From Piromyces finnis finn (Eukaryota; Fungi; Neocallimastigomycota): a DNA stretch of 64,000 nt. A program made the translations under genes and the position numbers. The DNA is taken from positions 1,488,001 through 1,552,000 of the forward strand of contig MCFH01000001.1 in assembly GCA_002104945.1 (NCBI GenBank), in the 5' to 3' direction. This document shows positions 53,489 through 64,000 of the stretch, piece after piece. The notes below the pieces were generated by a model that saw only the letters and a program-made list of their open reading frames with translations, was not told the DNA's origin and did no database searches. Each line of letters begins with the position of its first letter. Within the stretch, counting starts at the first letter, position 1.

Positions 53489-54099
53489 TTGGTGGAACTT
53501 TAGCTTGTGATGAGCTACAAATCGATAAGACGGAACAAAGACATTTGAATAAACAGTTCTACAGTTCATCAGGATCTCATGTTCCATAGGTAGAGGGTCT
53601 CGCGGCTTTTCTTACTAAAACAATCCCTATCATTAGTAGCTCAATGAGGCTACTTTTTGATAGGTTTAGTAAGACACCGAACGTAATCAAGAGCGCCGAC
53701 GTCGTACCGATATGGCAGAGGAACATTCCTAATGTTCCGTACACAGGGTTCAATGTTAGTATTTCCTCAAATTCGAATGAAAACATTATGAACTCATGGG
53801 AGAGTTTAGTGAACACCACACTATCATACCTGATGTTACTTCTTTTTTTTATTTCATTTAATTTATTAGGTAGGGACCAATCCTACACAGTACAAATTGC
53901 AGAGTTCATTGAACTTTTATGCAACTTTAATAATTATTTTATATTATTTTATATTTTATATTTTTATTTATATATATTTTATTATTTATTATTTATTATT
54001 TATTATATCAATATGTATTATCACCTAATATTATGTAATATCACAAATTAAATAAATAAATAAAAGATGTGTATTCTCTTCCTAGTCTAAAAAAAAAAA
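53489..54099 (+). mobile_element. 3' part of a diverged second LINE family (family B) with its own 3' UTR and A11 tail
   Basis: Frame from 53491 reads GGTLACDELQIDKTEQRHLNKQFYSSSGSHVP*VEGLAAFLTKTIPIISSSMRLLFDRFSKT, aligning to family A GGRSF...REWKELCKRQ...GTPFLTVTAELLTKIMPFAIGQQWSMFKRFEAT. AT-rich UTR follows, then cctagtct-A11. Confidence 0.75.
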
Positions 54100-55992
54100 T
54101 CTTAAAAAAGAAACTTTCAGTTACCTCAATTTCCTTTTCAGCTCGTAGTAGAAGGAATCACAAATACACTTTTTCCACACTCAAACGTAAAATTTTAGTT
54201 TCTAATAAACATCAACAATCCCAGCAATAATCTGATCTTCAACAAGATCTTCAATGAGATTCCCAATATAAAAATGGTGATTCGTCCTGAATCAATAGAA
54301 AATCAGAACAAGAAAGATCCAACATTTTACTTAACAGGACAACCCATTCCAACTACTGACTGCTACACTTATCTTGGTGTTCCATTTGATAAGAATTTGT
54401 CCCTTAAACCAGTTATTAAAACTCCTAATAACAAGGTCTTGAAAGGACTTTTCTCAGTCAGTAAATTCTTAAGAAATCCTAATATTCCTATTCCCTTCAA
54501 AAAGCTAATACTTAACTCCCAAGTGATCAGCAGAGTTTCATACTTTGCACCATTACTTGGATCCAAAAAAGTTAGGTCTAGGATTGCTCCGAAGTATGTT
54601 AACAAAGGAATACAATGGGTTGTCGGAGTTCATAAAGCCGTATCGTTTATATCTCTATACTCTATCTTAAAAGATTTGAATATTCCTCCATTGATGTTTT
54701 AACAAATGGAAAAACTCAAATTGTATCATCTTACACCTTGTCAATTACATTACTAAATTTAGAAAATATACATGGTGCAAATCAAGTAGAACTCTTGGTA
54801 AAAAATTAAAGAAGCATGGAGATGTTAAAGCAGTTAAAAACTTTTATTGGAAAGATCTCAAAGGGAATTCAATCAAAGCGCAATATTATGATAATAATAA
54901 ATTTATTGAAACTAAAGATTTTATTAAATTATGTTATGAGTACCCAGAGTTTGCCTATGGCTTCTACTGGCTATTGGAAGCAAGAAGCGGATACAAGTTG
55001 GATGCTAGAGTTGCCAAAGCTGCCAAATTTGTTGATCCAGTTTGTCCTAACTACTGTCCATGTTGCAAGTGTGGAGATCAAAGTATTAAACATTGGTTAT
55101 TAGATTGTCCAACATTTAGAGATATCCGTATTAAACATTATGATTCCATAGTCCAGCTATTAAATTTTTTCAGTCAACGTAATTCCAATAGTCCTATCAA
55201 TAATAATGAAATTGATAATATCAGTAGAGATAGTAATAACATTAATAGTAATAGTAACAATAGTAGTAATAACAATAGTAATAATAACAATAGTAATAGT
55301 AACAATAGTAATAATAACAATAGTAGTAATAGAAATAATAATATTAGTAATGATAGCAATAGTGAAGATAATAATTCTAATTTAGATAGTAATTTAGTTA
55401 ATGATAGTAATAGTTCTAATAATCCGGTGAATATTAATGTGTATGATTATTCTAGTGTGTGCAGTAAAATATTTAAATTCCTTCTTGGGGGAAGAAGTTT
55501 TAACAATATCAATTACAATTCAAGGGAATGGAAAGAACTTTGTAAGCGTCAGATTCAATCTGGTACTAATGAAGGAACACCATTCTTGACGGTAACCGCG
55601 GAACTTCTAACCAAAATCATGCCTTTTGCTATTGGCCAGCAATGGTCAATGTTCAAAAGGTTTGAAGCAACATCCAAGAGCGTCAATGCTGAAGAAACAG
55701 TAAGACAGGCCAGGAGGGCCAGCGCAACCAATGGAGATCATAATTTTGTCCCATGATAAAATTTTGATCTTTGGCTCGGTGTCCCATTGGAAGTCAAATA
55801 CAATTATTATACTTTAGTATGATAGTGGCTTTCTTACTTTAATTAAAATTACTAGAATACATTATACCCAATTTTTATTCATTTGTGTTTATTTAAACAT
55901 ATTTTTTTTTATTTTTATTTTATTTTAATTTTTATATTACATGTATTATAATTTTAATTAAATTAATAATAAAGTTTAAAATATTTGATGCC

Positions 55993-56052
<60 letters not shown>
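54100..56052 (+). mobile_element. Degenerate family A copy: 5'-truncated, ~2.5 kb internal deletion, A57 tail
   Basis: 54100-54255 matches the N-terminal ORF (copy 1 ~34663-34870), then jumps at ~54272 to MVIRPES (copy 1 ~37424). A further small deletion lies near 54690. Confidence 0.88.
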
Positions 56053-56055
<3 letters not shown>

Positions 56056-59000
56056 AGGGGGTCTACTCATGCTCATGGTACTGAGAGAGTAGAAAGAATT
56101 AAATCCAAGTATTGCGCAATGGATGCTTGGTGCCCTCTTAGGAACGTGCCTTCATTTATTTATTAATGGAGTTTATCAAGGGGGTCTACTCATGCTCATG
56201 GTACTGAGAGAGTAGAAAGAATTAAATCCAAGCATTGCGCAATGGATGCTTGGTTAGTCTTTAAGGGAAAATTATTAGGACTAAGCTCATGGTACTGAGC
56301 GATTAAAAAACATTTTATTCATCGAATTTAAGTATTTGATGAATAAGTTGAATGTTTGATACTCAGGTAAGTTTGTATAGTATTTAATTAGAAGAGTAAT
56401 ACATTTTGTTGCTGTATTTTTTTTTTTTATTCATGTATTCATGTAGTACTACTCTTCTCTTGTAAGAATCCAATGTAGTCAACTTTAGCATTTGCATTGT
56501 ATTTTTATATTCATGTAGCTATTGTTGTATTGTTTCTTGTAAGAGACTGATTCACTCTACATCATGTAAAAATACTATTCACAAGCTTTCTGGTGTCGAC
56601 ATTCTTGATTCAAATTTTTTACCAATTTAAATATTTAATGAAAAGTAAAGTCAAACAATTTTAGTGTCAAAAAGCGAATCGAATTTACTAACAACAAACC
56701 AAAACTAGAATTTTTAAAGAAAATTTACAACTAGAATTCAAAAAAAAAAAGAAACTTTAAACAAAGCATCGTAACAATTTTTGTTCTATCCAGTACTTTT
56801 AAGAAGAGAGAGAGAGACAGATTTTTTTCCATATACGTTATATTTGTAATTTTTATTAGTATTTATTTTATATTCAATATTTTTTAATTAGAATTTATTA
56901 TCATGTCAGTCCTTTATATTAAAGATAAGAATTATATCAGACGTGGTACCCGGTCTTATGGTATCCCCTTAGATGATATTCGCTCCTTCTTTATCCGTGG
57001 TATTCGATCATGGTCAGTAAATATGCTATGGGAAAAACTCGAGGTTATTCTAGAAGATAAATTTAATTCAGTTATTAGTGTTAAATATTTTCAGACTTTC
57101 AATGATCACTTTTTCTTAGTCAAGGTTCATGGTTCATCAAAAGATTGTATTAAAATCTTACACATGTTAAAGAAGAAACTTTCAGTTACCTCAATTTCCT
57201 TTTCAGCTCGTAGTAGAAGGAATCACAAATACACTTTTTCCACTCTCAAACATAAAATTTTAGTTTCTAATAAACATCAACATTCTATTCAACAATCATT
57301 TCAACAATCAGTTCAACAATCTCATCAACAATCCGATCTTCAACAAGATCTTCAACAAGATCTTCAACAAGTTTCCCATCATGAAAATATTCCAGATCTA
57401 CAGCAAACACAATTTCAATCTCAACATTCAACAATTAATTCTAATAGCTCTATCAACTCTGATAACAGTTCAATAGTTGATAGTTCTTCAGTTTCACAGC
57501 CATCTAGTAATAGTTCTACTTATTCCTCTGATGCATCATCCATTAATAACGATGACTTTAATAATAATAATAATAGCAACGATTCTTCCTCATCCAATAA
57601 GCCTGATAACTTTTCTTTTTGTCTTAGTTGGAACACCAATGGGTGGAATCACGAAAAGAGAGATAGTATTAGCTATGTCACAGCTATTTTCAAACCATTA
57701 TTTTTATGTTTCCAAGAAACTGGTAATGGTTCTGGATCGAATACAGATTATCCTTGTCGTGTTACTTTGCGAAACTATAGACACTTTTTCAAGAAAGCTG
57801 ACGAATCAGTTCCGGGAATGAGAGGTTTATATTTAGGTTTTCACAATTCGTGTCAAGCTTCACTTGAAAACTTCTCTGGAAAGTATATTATTTCTATTTA
57901 TACTTTTAGTCTCTGGAATAGATTCAAATGCTCGATTGGAAATGTTTATATGCCTCATAGTCATCACAACATCTATGTTGATCATGCAAAGTTAGAAGTT
58001 CGCTTGTGGTTACAAACTCATTCATCCCATCCATCGATTCTTGTTGGTGATTTTAATATGTCTAAAGTAAAATTATCCAACTGGTTATCAACTAATGGAT
58101 TAGGAGATTGGGAAATTCTTCCGCTTAGAGGGTCGACTATCTCTTGGACTCGAGGTGATCAATCTTCCGACATTGACCATGCTCTTATCAATTCGAAGAT
58201 GAAAGATCTTATTCACTCTGGATCATTTATAAATAATTTTTATCCTGTATCAGACCATAAGCCACTTCTTATTAATGGTAAAATTATTCCTATGGAAGAT
58301 TTTTCTAATGACTTTAATGTTCCTAAGAAAATTCTGAAATGGAATAGATTAAAATGTATTGAGGAAAAGGAATCTATTCTTAGTCATAATAAATTCCAAA
58401 TTCTTTCAGCAAAATTCAACGATCCTAATGTTTCTACAGATGAACTTTCCAAAGAGTTTACTTCAACTGCTTTTTCAATTGTAGACGAGCTCAGTATTAC
58501 CTCAGCAAATAATGTTATAAAGTCTTCATTTCATATTTCACAACAAATTTTTAATCTTCAAAAAATCAAAATGAAGTTGTATAAGAGATTTAAAAAAGAA
58601 AGAATTTATGATATAGATGAATTTATTAAAAGAATTAAAATCTACCGTAAGCTCATTGATTACATCCACAAAAGATGTAATGAATTTAGGAAACAAGAAT
58701 ATCTTCATTGGATTAAAACAGGATGTGAGTATATGAAGAGTCATAATCCTAAGAAGGCCTGGAAATGGATCAAGAAAACTGCAAAAATTGGAAAAGATTC
58801 TTTCTTTATTGCTCAACCAATAAAAAATAAAAATGGAGAATTAGTTGTTGCTACGGAAGAACAACTAGATGTGTGGCATGATCATTTCGAAAAGCTTGCA
58901 TCAGATCCAAGTGGTGTAAGTCTTGATTTAGAGCATTGGTATGAAGAACCAACGAATAAACGTTTTTCACTTCCTATGCTTGATGAGTGGGATATCAACC

Positions 59001-61726
59001 AAGATATTAGTATTGATGAAGTCAAGTCAGCTATCCTCTCTACTCCAAATTATAAAGCATCAGGTCCGGATGGTATTCCAATTGAATTTTACAAAGCATT
59101 AATTCCATCAAGTAATGATTCTAATAATGCTACAGATAATAATTCTTCTGGTAATACCACTTCAGATAATGATGCTCATGGTTTAAATTTTATTCTTAAA
59201 TTATTTAACCGTATTTGGGATGGAGACTTCCCCAACTCATGGAATGAATCCAGTATTGTTTCTATTCCTAAGAAGGGAGATTTGACAGATTGTGATAACT
59301 ATCGAGGTATATCACTTATCAATAATGGCATTAAGTTGATTTCCAAAATTGTCACCACTAGAATCTCAGAATATGGTTTAAAGAATAATTTCATTAGACC
59401 TGAACAATTTGGTTTTCGAAAAAAGGAAGAAAGTATCAGTCTTTTCATCTCAATCCAAGAAATATGCCGTAGACGTCAATTAGATAATAAAGAGACATAT
59501 TTGGCCTTTTTAGATCTCAGGAAAGCATACGATTCAGTCCCAATCGGTAATATTCTCCATAAATTAGATTGTTTAGGAATCCGAGGTAAGAGTTTACAAT
59601 TCATCAAAAATTTATATTTAACATCTAAGGCTAATGTCAAATTAGATGGACAATTCTCGAAATCTTTTGATGTGAAGAAAGGAGTCCGTCAAGGATGCCC
59701 TCTTTCTCCTATTCTCTTTAATCTCTTTATTAATGATATATTTAAAGAGTGCGAAGATCTAGGAGTCAGTTTAGGTGACACTCGATGCTGTGGTGGACTT
59801 TATGCAGATGATATAGTTATTTGTGCTCCAACAAGAGGATGCTTAAAAAAGATGCTTAGAAGAGTTAATGAATGGGCATTGTATAATGAAATGGAATTTG
59901 GTATCCAGAAATGTTCAACGATGATGATTCGTCCTGAATCAATAGAAAATCAGATCAAGAGAGATCCAACATTTTACTTAGCAGGACAACCCATTCCAAC
60001 TACTGATTGCTATACTTATCTTGGTGTTCCATTTGATAAGAATCTGTCCCTTAAACCAGTAATTAAAGCTCTTAATAACAAGGTTTTGAAAGGGCTTTTC
60101 TCAGTCAGTAAATTCTTAAGAAATCCTAATATTCCTATTCCTTTCAAAAAACTAGTACTTAACTCACAAGTGATTAGCAGAGTTTCATACTTTGCACCAT
60201 TACTTGGATCCAACAAAGCTAGGTCTAGGATTGCTCAGAAGCATGTTAACAAAGGAATACGATGGGTTGCCGGAGTTCATAAAGCTGTATCGTTTATATC
60301 TTTATACTCTATCTCAAAAGATTTGAATATTCCTCCATTGTCAGCCAAATGTGCGTTAGCTCAGGTTAGATGTTTTAACAAATGGAAAAACTCAAATTGT
60401 ATTATCTCACACCTTGTCAATTACATTCCTAAATTTAGAAAATACACGTGGTGCAAATCAAGTAGGACACTTGATAAAAAACTAAAGAAACATGGAGATG
60501 TTAAAGCAGTTAAAAACTTTTATTGGAAAGATCTCAAAGGGAATTCAATCAAAGCGCAATATTATGATGATAATAAATTTATTGAAACTAAAGATTTTAT
60601 TAAATTATGTTATGAATACCCAGAGTTTGCCTATGGCTTCTACTGGCTATTGAAAGCAAGAAGCGGATACAAGTTGGATGCTAGAGTTGCCAAAGCTGCT
60701 AAATTTGTTGATCCAGTTTGTCCTAACTACTGTCCATGTTGCAAGTGTGGAGATCAAAGTATTAAACATTGGTTATTAGATTGTCCAACATTTAGAGATA
60801 TCCGTATTAAACATTGGTTATTAGATTGTCCAACATTTAGAGATATCCGTATTAAACATTATGATTCCATAGTCCAGCTATTAAATTTTTTCAGTCAACG
60901 TAATTCCAATAGTCCTATCAATAATAATGAAATTCATAATATCAGTAGAGATAGCAATAACATTAATAGTAATAGTAACAATAGTAGTAATAACAATAGT
61001 AATAGTAACAATAGTAATAATAACAATAGTAGTAATAGAAATAGTAATAATAACAATAGTAGTTATAGAAATAATAATACTAGTAATGATAGCAATAGTG
61101 AAGATAATAATTCTAATTTAGATAGTAATTTAATTAATGATAGTAATAGTTCTAATAATCCGGTGAATATTAATGTGTATGATTATTCTAGTGTGTGCAG
61201 TAAAATATTTAAATTCCTTCTTGGGGGAAGAAGTTTTAACAATATCAATTACAATTCAAGGGAATGGAAAGAACTTTGTAAGCGTCAGATTCAATCTGGT
61301 ACTAATGAAGGAACACCATTCTTGACGGTAACCGCGGAACTTCTAACCAAAATCATGCCTTTTGCTATTGGCCAGCAATGGTCAATGTTCAAAAGGTTTG
61401 AAGCAACATCCAAGAGCGTCAATGCTGAAGAAACAGTAAGACAGGCCAGGAGGGCCAGCGCAACCAATGGAGATCATAATTTTGTTCCATGACAAAATTT
61501 TGATCTTTGGCTCGGTGTCCCATTGGAAGTCAAATACAATTATTATACTTTAGTATGATAGTGGCTTTCTTACTTTAATTAAAATTACTAGAATACATTA
61601 TACCCAATTTTTATTCATTTGTGTTTATTTAAACATATTTTTTTTATTTTTATTTATTTTTAATTTTTTATTACATGTATTATAATTTTAATTAAATTAA
61701 TAATAAAGTTTAAAATATTTGATGCC

Positions 61727-61757
<31 letters not shown>
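56053..61757 (+). mobile_element. Near full-length LINE copy 4 (starts within 5' UTR unit 1)
   Basis: Begins tcaagggggtctactc directly after A57. Poly(A) at 61730-61757. Shares diagnostic variants with copy 3. Confidence 0.93.
56903..61492 (+). CDS. Intact LINE ORF, copy 4 (1529 aa; YADD variant; 15-aa duplication at the knuckle)
   Basis: All APE and RT motifs are in frame. LYADD replaces LFADD. 45-nt tandem duplication at 60761-60850. Confidence 0.95.
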   Translation: MSVLYIKDKNYIRRGTRSYGIPLDDIRSFFIRGIRSWSVNMLWEKLEVILEDKFNSVISVKYFQTFNDHFFLVKVHGSSKDCIKILHMLKKKLSVTSISFSARSRRNHKYTFSTLKHKILVSNKHQHSIQQSFQQSVQQSHQQSDLQQDLQQDLQQVSHHENIPDLQQTQFQSQHSTINSNSSINSDNSSIVDSSSVSQPSSNSSTYSSDASSINNDDFNNNNNSNDSSSSNKPDNFSFCLSWNTNGWNHEKRDSISYVTAIFKPLFLCFQETGNGSGSNTDYPCRVTLRNYRHFFKKADESVPGMRGLYLGFHNSCQASLENFSGKYIISIYTFSLWNRFKCSIGNVYMPHSHHNIYVDHAKLEVRLWLQTHSSHPSILVGDFNMSKVKLSNWLSTNGLGDWEILPLRGSTISWTRGDQSSDIDHALINSKMKDLIHSGSFINNFYPVSDHKPLLINGKIIPMEDFSNDFNVPKKILKWNRLKCIEEKESILSHNKFQILSAKFNDPNVSTDELSKEFTSTAFSIVDELSITSANNVIKSSFHISQQIFNLQKIKMKLYKRFKKERIYDIDEFIKRIKIYRKLIDYIHKRCNEFRKQEYLHWIKTGCEYMKSHNPKKAWKWIKKTAKIGKDSFFIAQPIKNKNGELVVATEEQLDVWHDHFEKLASDPSGVSLDLEHWYEEPTNKRFSLPMLDEWDINQDISIDEVKSAILSTPNYKASGPDGIPIEFYKALIPSSNDSNNATDNNSSGNTTSDNDAHGLNFILKLFNRIWDGDFPNSWNESSIVSIPKKGDLTDCDNYRGISLINNGIKLISKIVTTRISEYGLKNNFIRPEQFGFRKKEESISLFISIQEICRRRQLDNKETYLAFLDLRKAYDSVPIGNILHKLDCLGIRGKSLQFIKNLYLTSKANVKLDGQFSKSFDVKKGVRQGCPLSPILFNLFINDIFKECEDLGVSLGDTRCCGGLYADDIVICAPTRGCLKKMLRRVNEWALYNEMEFGIQKCSTMMIRPESIENQIKRDPTFYLAGQPIPTTDCYTYLGVPFDKNLSLKPVIKALNNKVLKGLFSVSKFLRNPNIPIPFKKLVLNSQVISRVSYFAPLLGSNKARSRIAQKHVNKGIRWVAGVHKAVSFISLYSISKDLNIPPLSAKCALAQVRCFNKWKNSNCIISHLVNYIPKFRKYTWCKSSRTLDKKLKKHGDVKAVKNFYWKDLKGNSIKAQYYDDNKFIETKDFIKLCYEYPEFAYGFYWLLKARSGYKLDARVAKAAKFVDPVCPNYCPCCKCGDQSIKHWLLDCPTFRDIRIKHWLLDCPTFRDIRIKHYDSIVQLLNFFSQRNSNSPINNNEIHNISRDSNNINSNSNNSSNNNSNSNNSNNNNSSNRNSNNNNSSYRNNNTSNDSNSEDNNSNLDSNLINDSNSSNNPVNINVYDYSSVCSKIFKFLLGGRSFNNINYNSREWKELCKRQIQSGTNEGTPFLTVTAELLTKIMPFAIGQQWSMFKRFEATSKSVNAEETVRQARRASATNGDHNFVP

Positions 61758-62689
61758 TGCTGAAGAAATGTTGCAAGTGTGGAGATCAAAGTATTAAACA
61801 TTGGTTATTAGATTGTCCAACATTTAGAGATATCCGTATTAAACATTATGATTATATAGTCCATCTATTAAATTTTTTCAGTCAACGTAATTCCAATAGT
61901 CCTATCAATAATAATGAAAATGTTAATATCAGCAGAGATAGCAATAACAGTAATAGTAATAGTAATAATATTAATAATAACAATAGTAATAATAACAATA
62001 GTAGTAATAGAAATAATAATATTAGTAATGATAGCAATAGTGATGATAATAATTCTAATTTAGATAGTAATTTAGTTGATGATAGTAATAGTTCTAATAA
62101 TCCGGTGAATATTAATGTGTATGATTATTCTAGTGTGTGCAGTAAAATATTTAAATTCCTTCTTGGGGGAAGAAGTTTTAACAATATTAATTACAATTCA
62201 AGGGAATGGAAAGAACTTTGTAAGCGTCAGATTCAATCTGGTACTAACGAAGGAACACCATTCTTGACGGTAACCGCGGAACTTCTAACCAAAATCATGC
62301 CTTTTGCTATTGGCCAGCAATGGTCAATGTTCAAAAGGTTTGAAGCAACATCCAAGAGCGTCAATGCTGAAGAAACAGTAAGACAGGCCAGGAGGGCCAG
62401 CGCAACCAATGGAGATCATAATTTTGTCCCATGATAAAATTTTGATCTTTGGCTCGGTGTCCCATTGGAAGTCAAATACAATTATTATACTTTAGTATGA
62501 TAGTGGCTTTCTTACTTTAATTAAAATTACTAGAATACATTATACCCAATTTTTATTCATTTGTGTTTATTTAAACATATTTTTTTTATTTTTAATTTTA
62601 ATTTTTTATAGCATGTATTATAATTTTAATTAAATTAATAATAAAGTTTAAAAATATTTGATGCCGTTAAAAAAAAAAAAAAAAAAAAA
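61758..62689 (+). mobile_element. 5'-truncated LINE copy of the 50327 type, with a recombinant 3' UTR
   Basis: Starts tgctgaagaaa+tgttgcaag. The body matches the 52223 copy; the distal UTR (atagcatg, aaaaatatttg) matches the short copy at 53164. Confidence 0.88.
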
Positions 62690-63300
62690 TTGGTGGAACT
62701 TTAGCTTGTGATGAGCTACAAATCGATAAGACGGAACAAAGACATTTGAATAAACAGTTCTACAGTTCATCAGGATCTCATGTTCCATAGGTAGAGGGTC
62801 TCGCGGCTTTTCTTACTAAAACAATCCCTATCATTAGTAGCTCAATGAGGCTACTTTTTGATAGGTTTAGTAAGACACCGAACGTAATCAAGAGCGCCGA
62901 CGTCGTACCGATATGGCAGAGGAACATTCCTAATGTTCCGTACACAGGGTTCAATGTTAGTATTTCCTCAAATTCGAATGAAAACATTATGAACTCATGG
63001 GAGAGTTTAGTGAACACCACACTATCATACCTGATGTTACTTCTTTTTTTTATTTCATTTAATTTATTAGGTAGGGACCAATCCTACACAGTACAAATTG
63101 CAGAGTTCATTGAACTTTTATGCAACTTTAATAATTATTTTATATTATTTTATATTTTATATTTTTATTTATATATATTTTATTATTTATTATTTATTAT
63201 TTATTATATCAATATGTATTATCACCTAATATTATGTAATATCACAAATTAAATAAATAAATAAAAGATGTGTATTCTCTTCCTAGTCTAAAAAAAAAAA
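62690..63300 (+). mobile_element. Second copy of the family B LINE 3' fragment
   Basis: Appears identical to 53489-54099 at an offset of 9201 bp. Confidence 0.75.
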
Positions 63301-64000
63301 TCTTAAAAAAGAAACTTTCAGTTACCTCAATTTCCTTTTCAGCTCGTAGTAGAAGGAATCACAAATACACTTTTTCCACACTCAAACGTAAAATTTTAGT
63401 TTCTAATAAACATCAACAATCCCAGCAATAATCTGATCTTCAACAAGATCTTCAATGAGATTCCCAATATAAAAATGGTGATTCGTCCTGAATCAATAGA
63501 AAATCAGAACAAGAAAGATCCAACATTTTACTTAACAGGACAACCCATTCCAACTACTGACTGCTACACTTATCTTGGTGTTCCATTTGATAAGAATTTG
63601 TCCCTTAAACCAGTTATTAAAACTCCTAATAACAAGGTCTTGAAAGGACTTTTCTCAGTCAGTAAATTCTTAAGAAATCCTAATATTCCTATTCCCTTCA
63701 AAAAGCTAATACTTAACTCCCAAGTGATCAGCAGAGTTTCATACTTTGCACCATTACTTGGATCCAAAAAAGTTAGGTCTAGGATTGCTCCGAAGTATGT
63801 TAACAAAGGAATACAATGGGTTGTCGGAGTTCATAAAGCCGTATCGTTTATATCTCTATACTCTATCTTAAAAGATTTGAATATTCCTCCATTGATGTTT
63901 TAACAAATGGAAAAACTCAAATTGTATCATCTTACACCTTGTCAATTACATTACTAAATTTAGAAAATATACATGGTGCAAATCAAGTAGAACTCTTGGT
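63301..64000 (+). mobile_element. Second copy of the degenerate internally deleted element (runs off the window)
   Basis: Appears identical to 54100 onward, with the same deletion junction and the same 142-aa remnant ORF. Confidence 0.88.

Noticed and set aside
53489-53850. GC-richer segment with many hairpins (catcagg/cctgatg, cttactaaa/tttagtaag, ggaacatt/aatgttcc) followed by a T-run, resembling RNase P/MRP, SRP or another Pol III RNA
   Set aside because: No convincing RNase P/MRP conserved regions or SRP helix 8 motif. One reading frame aligns to the LINE C-terminus, so a diverged LINE 3' end explains it better. A structured role in that element's RNA is not excluded.

Overview
An extremely AT-rich, intron-rich fungal genome window. 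An anaerobic gut fungus (Neocallimastigomycota) is my inference from base composition and gene style, not a database result. The left half (1-32.6 kb) holds ordinary genes: a Cys-rich membrane protein, a UPF0658-like membrane protein, ribosomal P1, a Qb-SNARE, a large C2H2 transcription factor, Ars2/SERRATE, an expansin-like protein and BiP. From ~33.2 kb to the window end lies an unbroken, same-strand array of one non-LTR retrotransposon family with a single ORF (RRM-like domain + APE endonuclease + RT + CCHC knuckle) and poly(A) tails. The array is nested rather than simply head-to-tail. Matching 11-12 bp target-site duplications show copy 1 inserted into the 5' UTR of copy 2, which had inserted into the 5' UTR of copy 3. 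Both insertions hit the same repeated motif (ggtctactcatgctcat), which the element carries twice in its own 5' UTR. The ~20 kb nest splits a fragment of a second, diverged LINE family. The 5' UTR also shows covarying hairpins with a possible loop-loop pairing, and a consensus-like spliceosomal intron retained in all four long copies. Caveat: scattered 1-nt indels, in host genes as well as elements, suggest imperfect consensus, so some frameshifts and tandem copies may be assembly artefacts.
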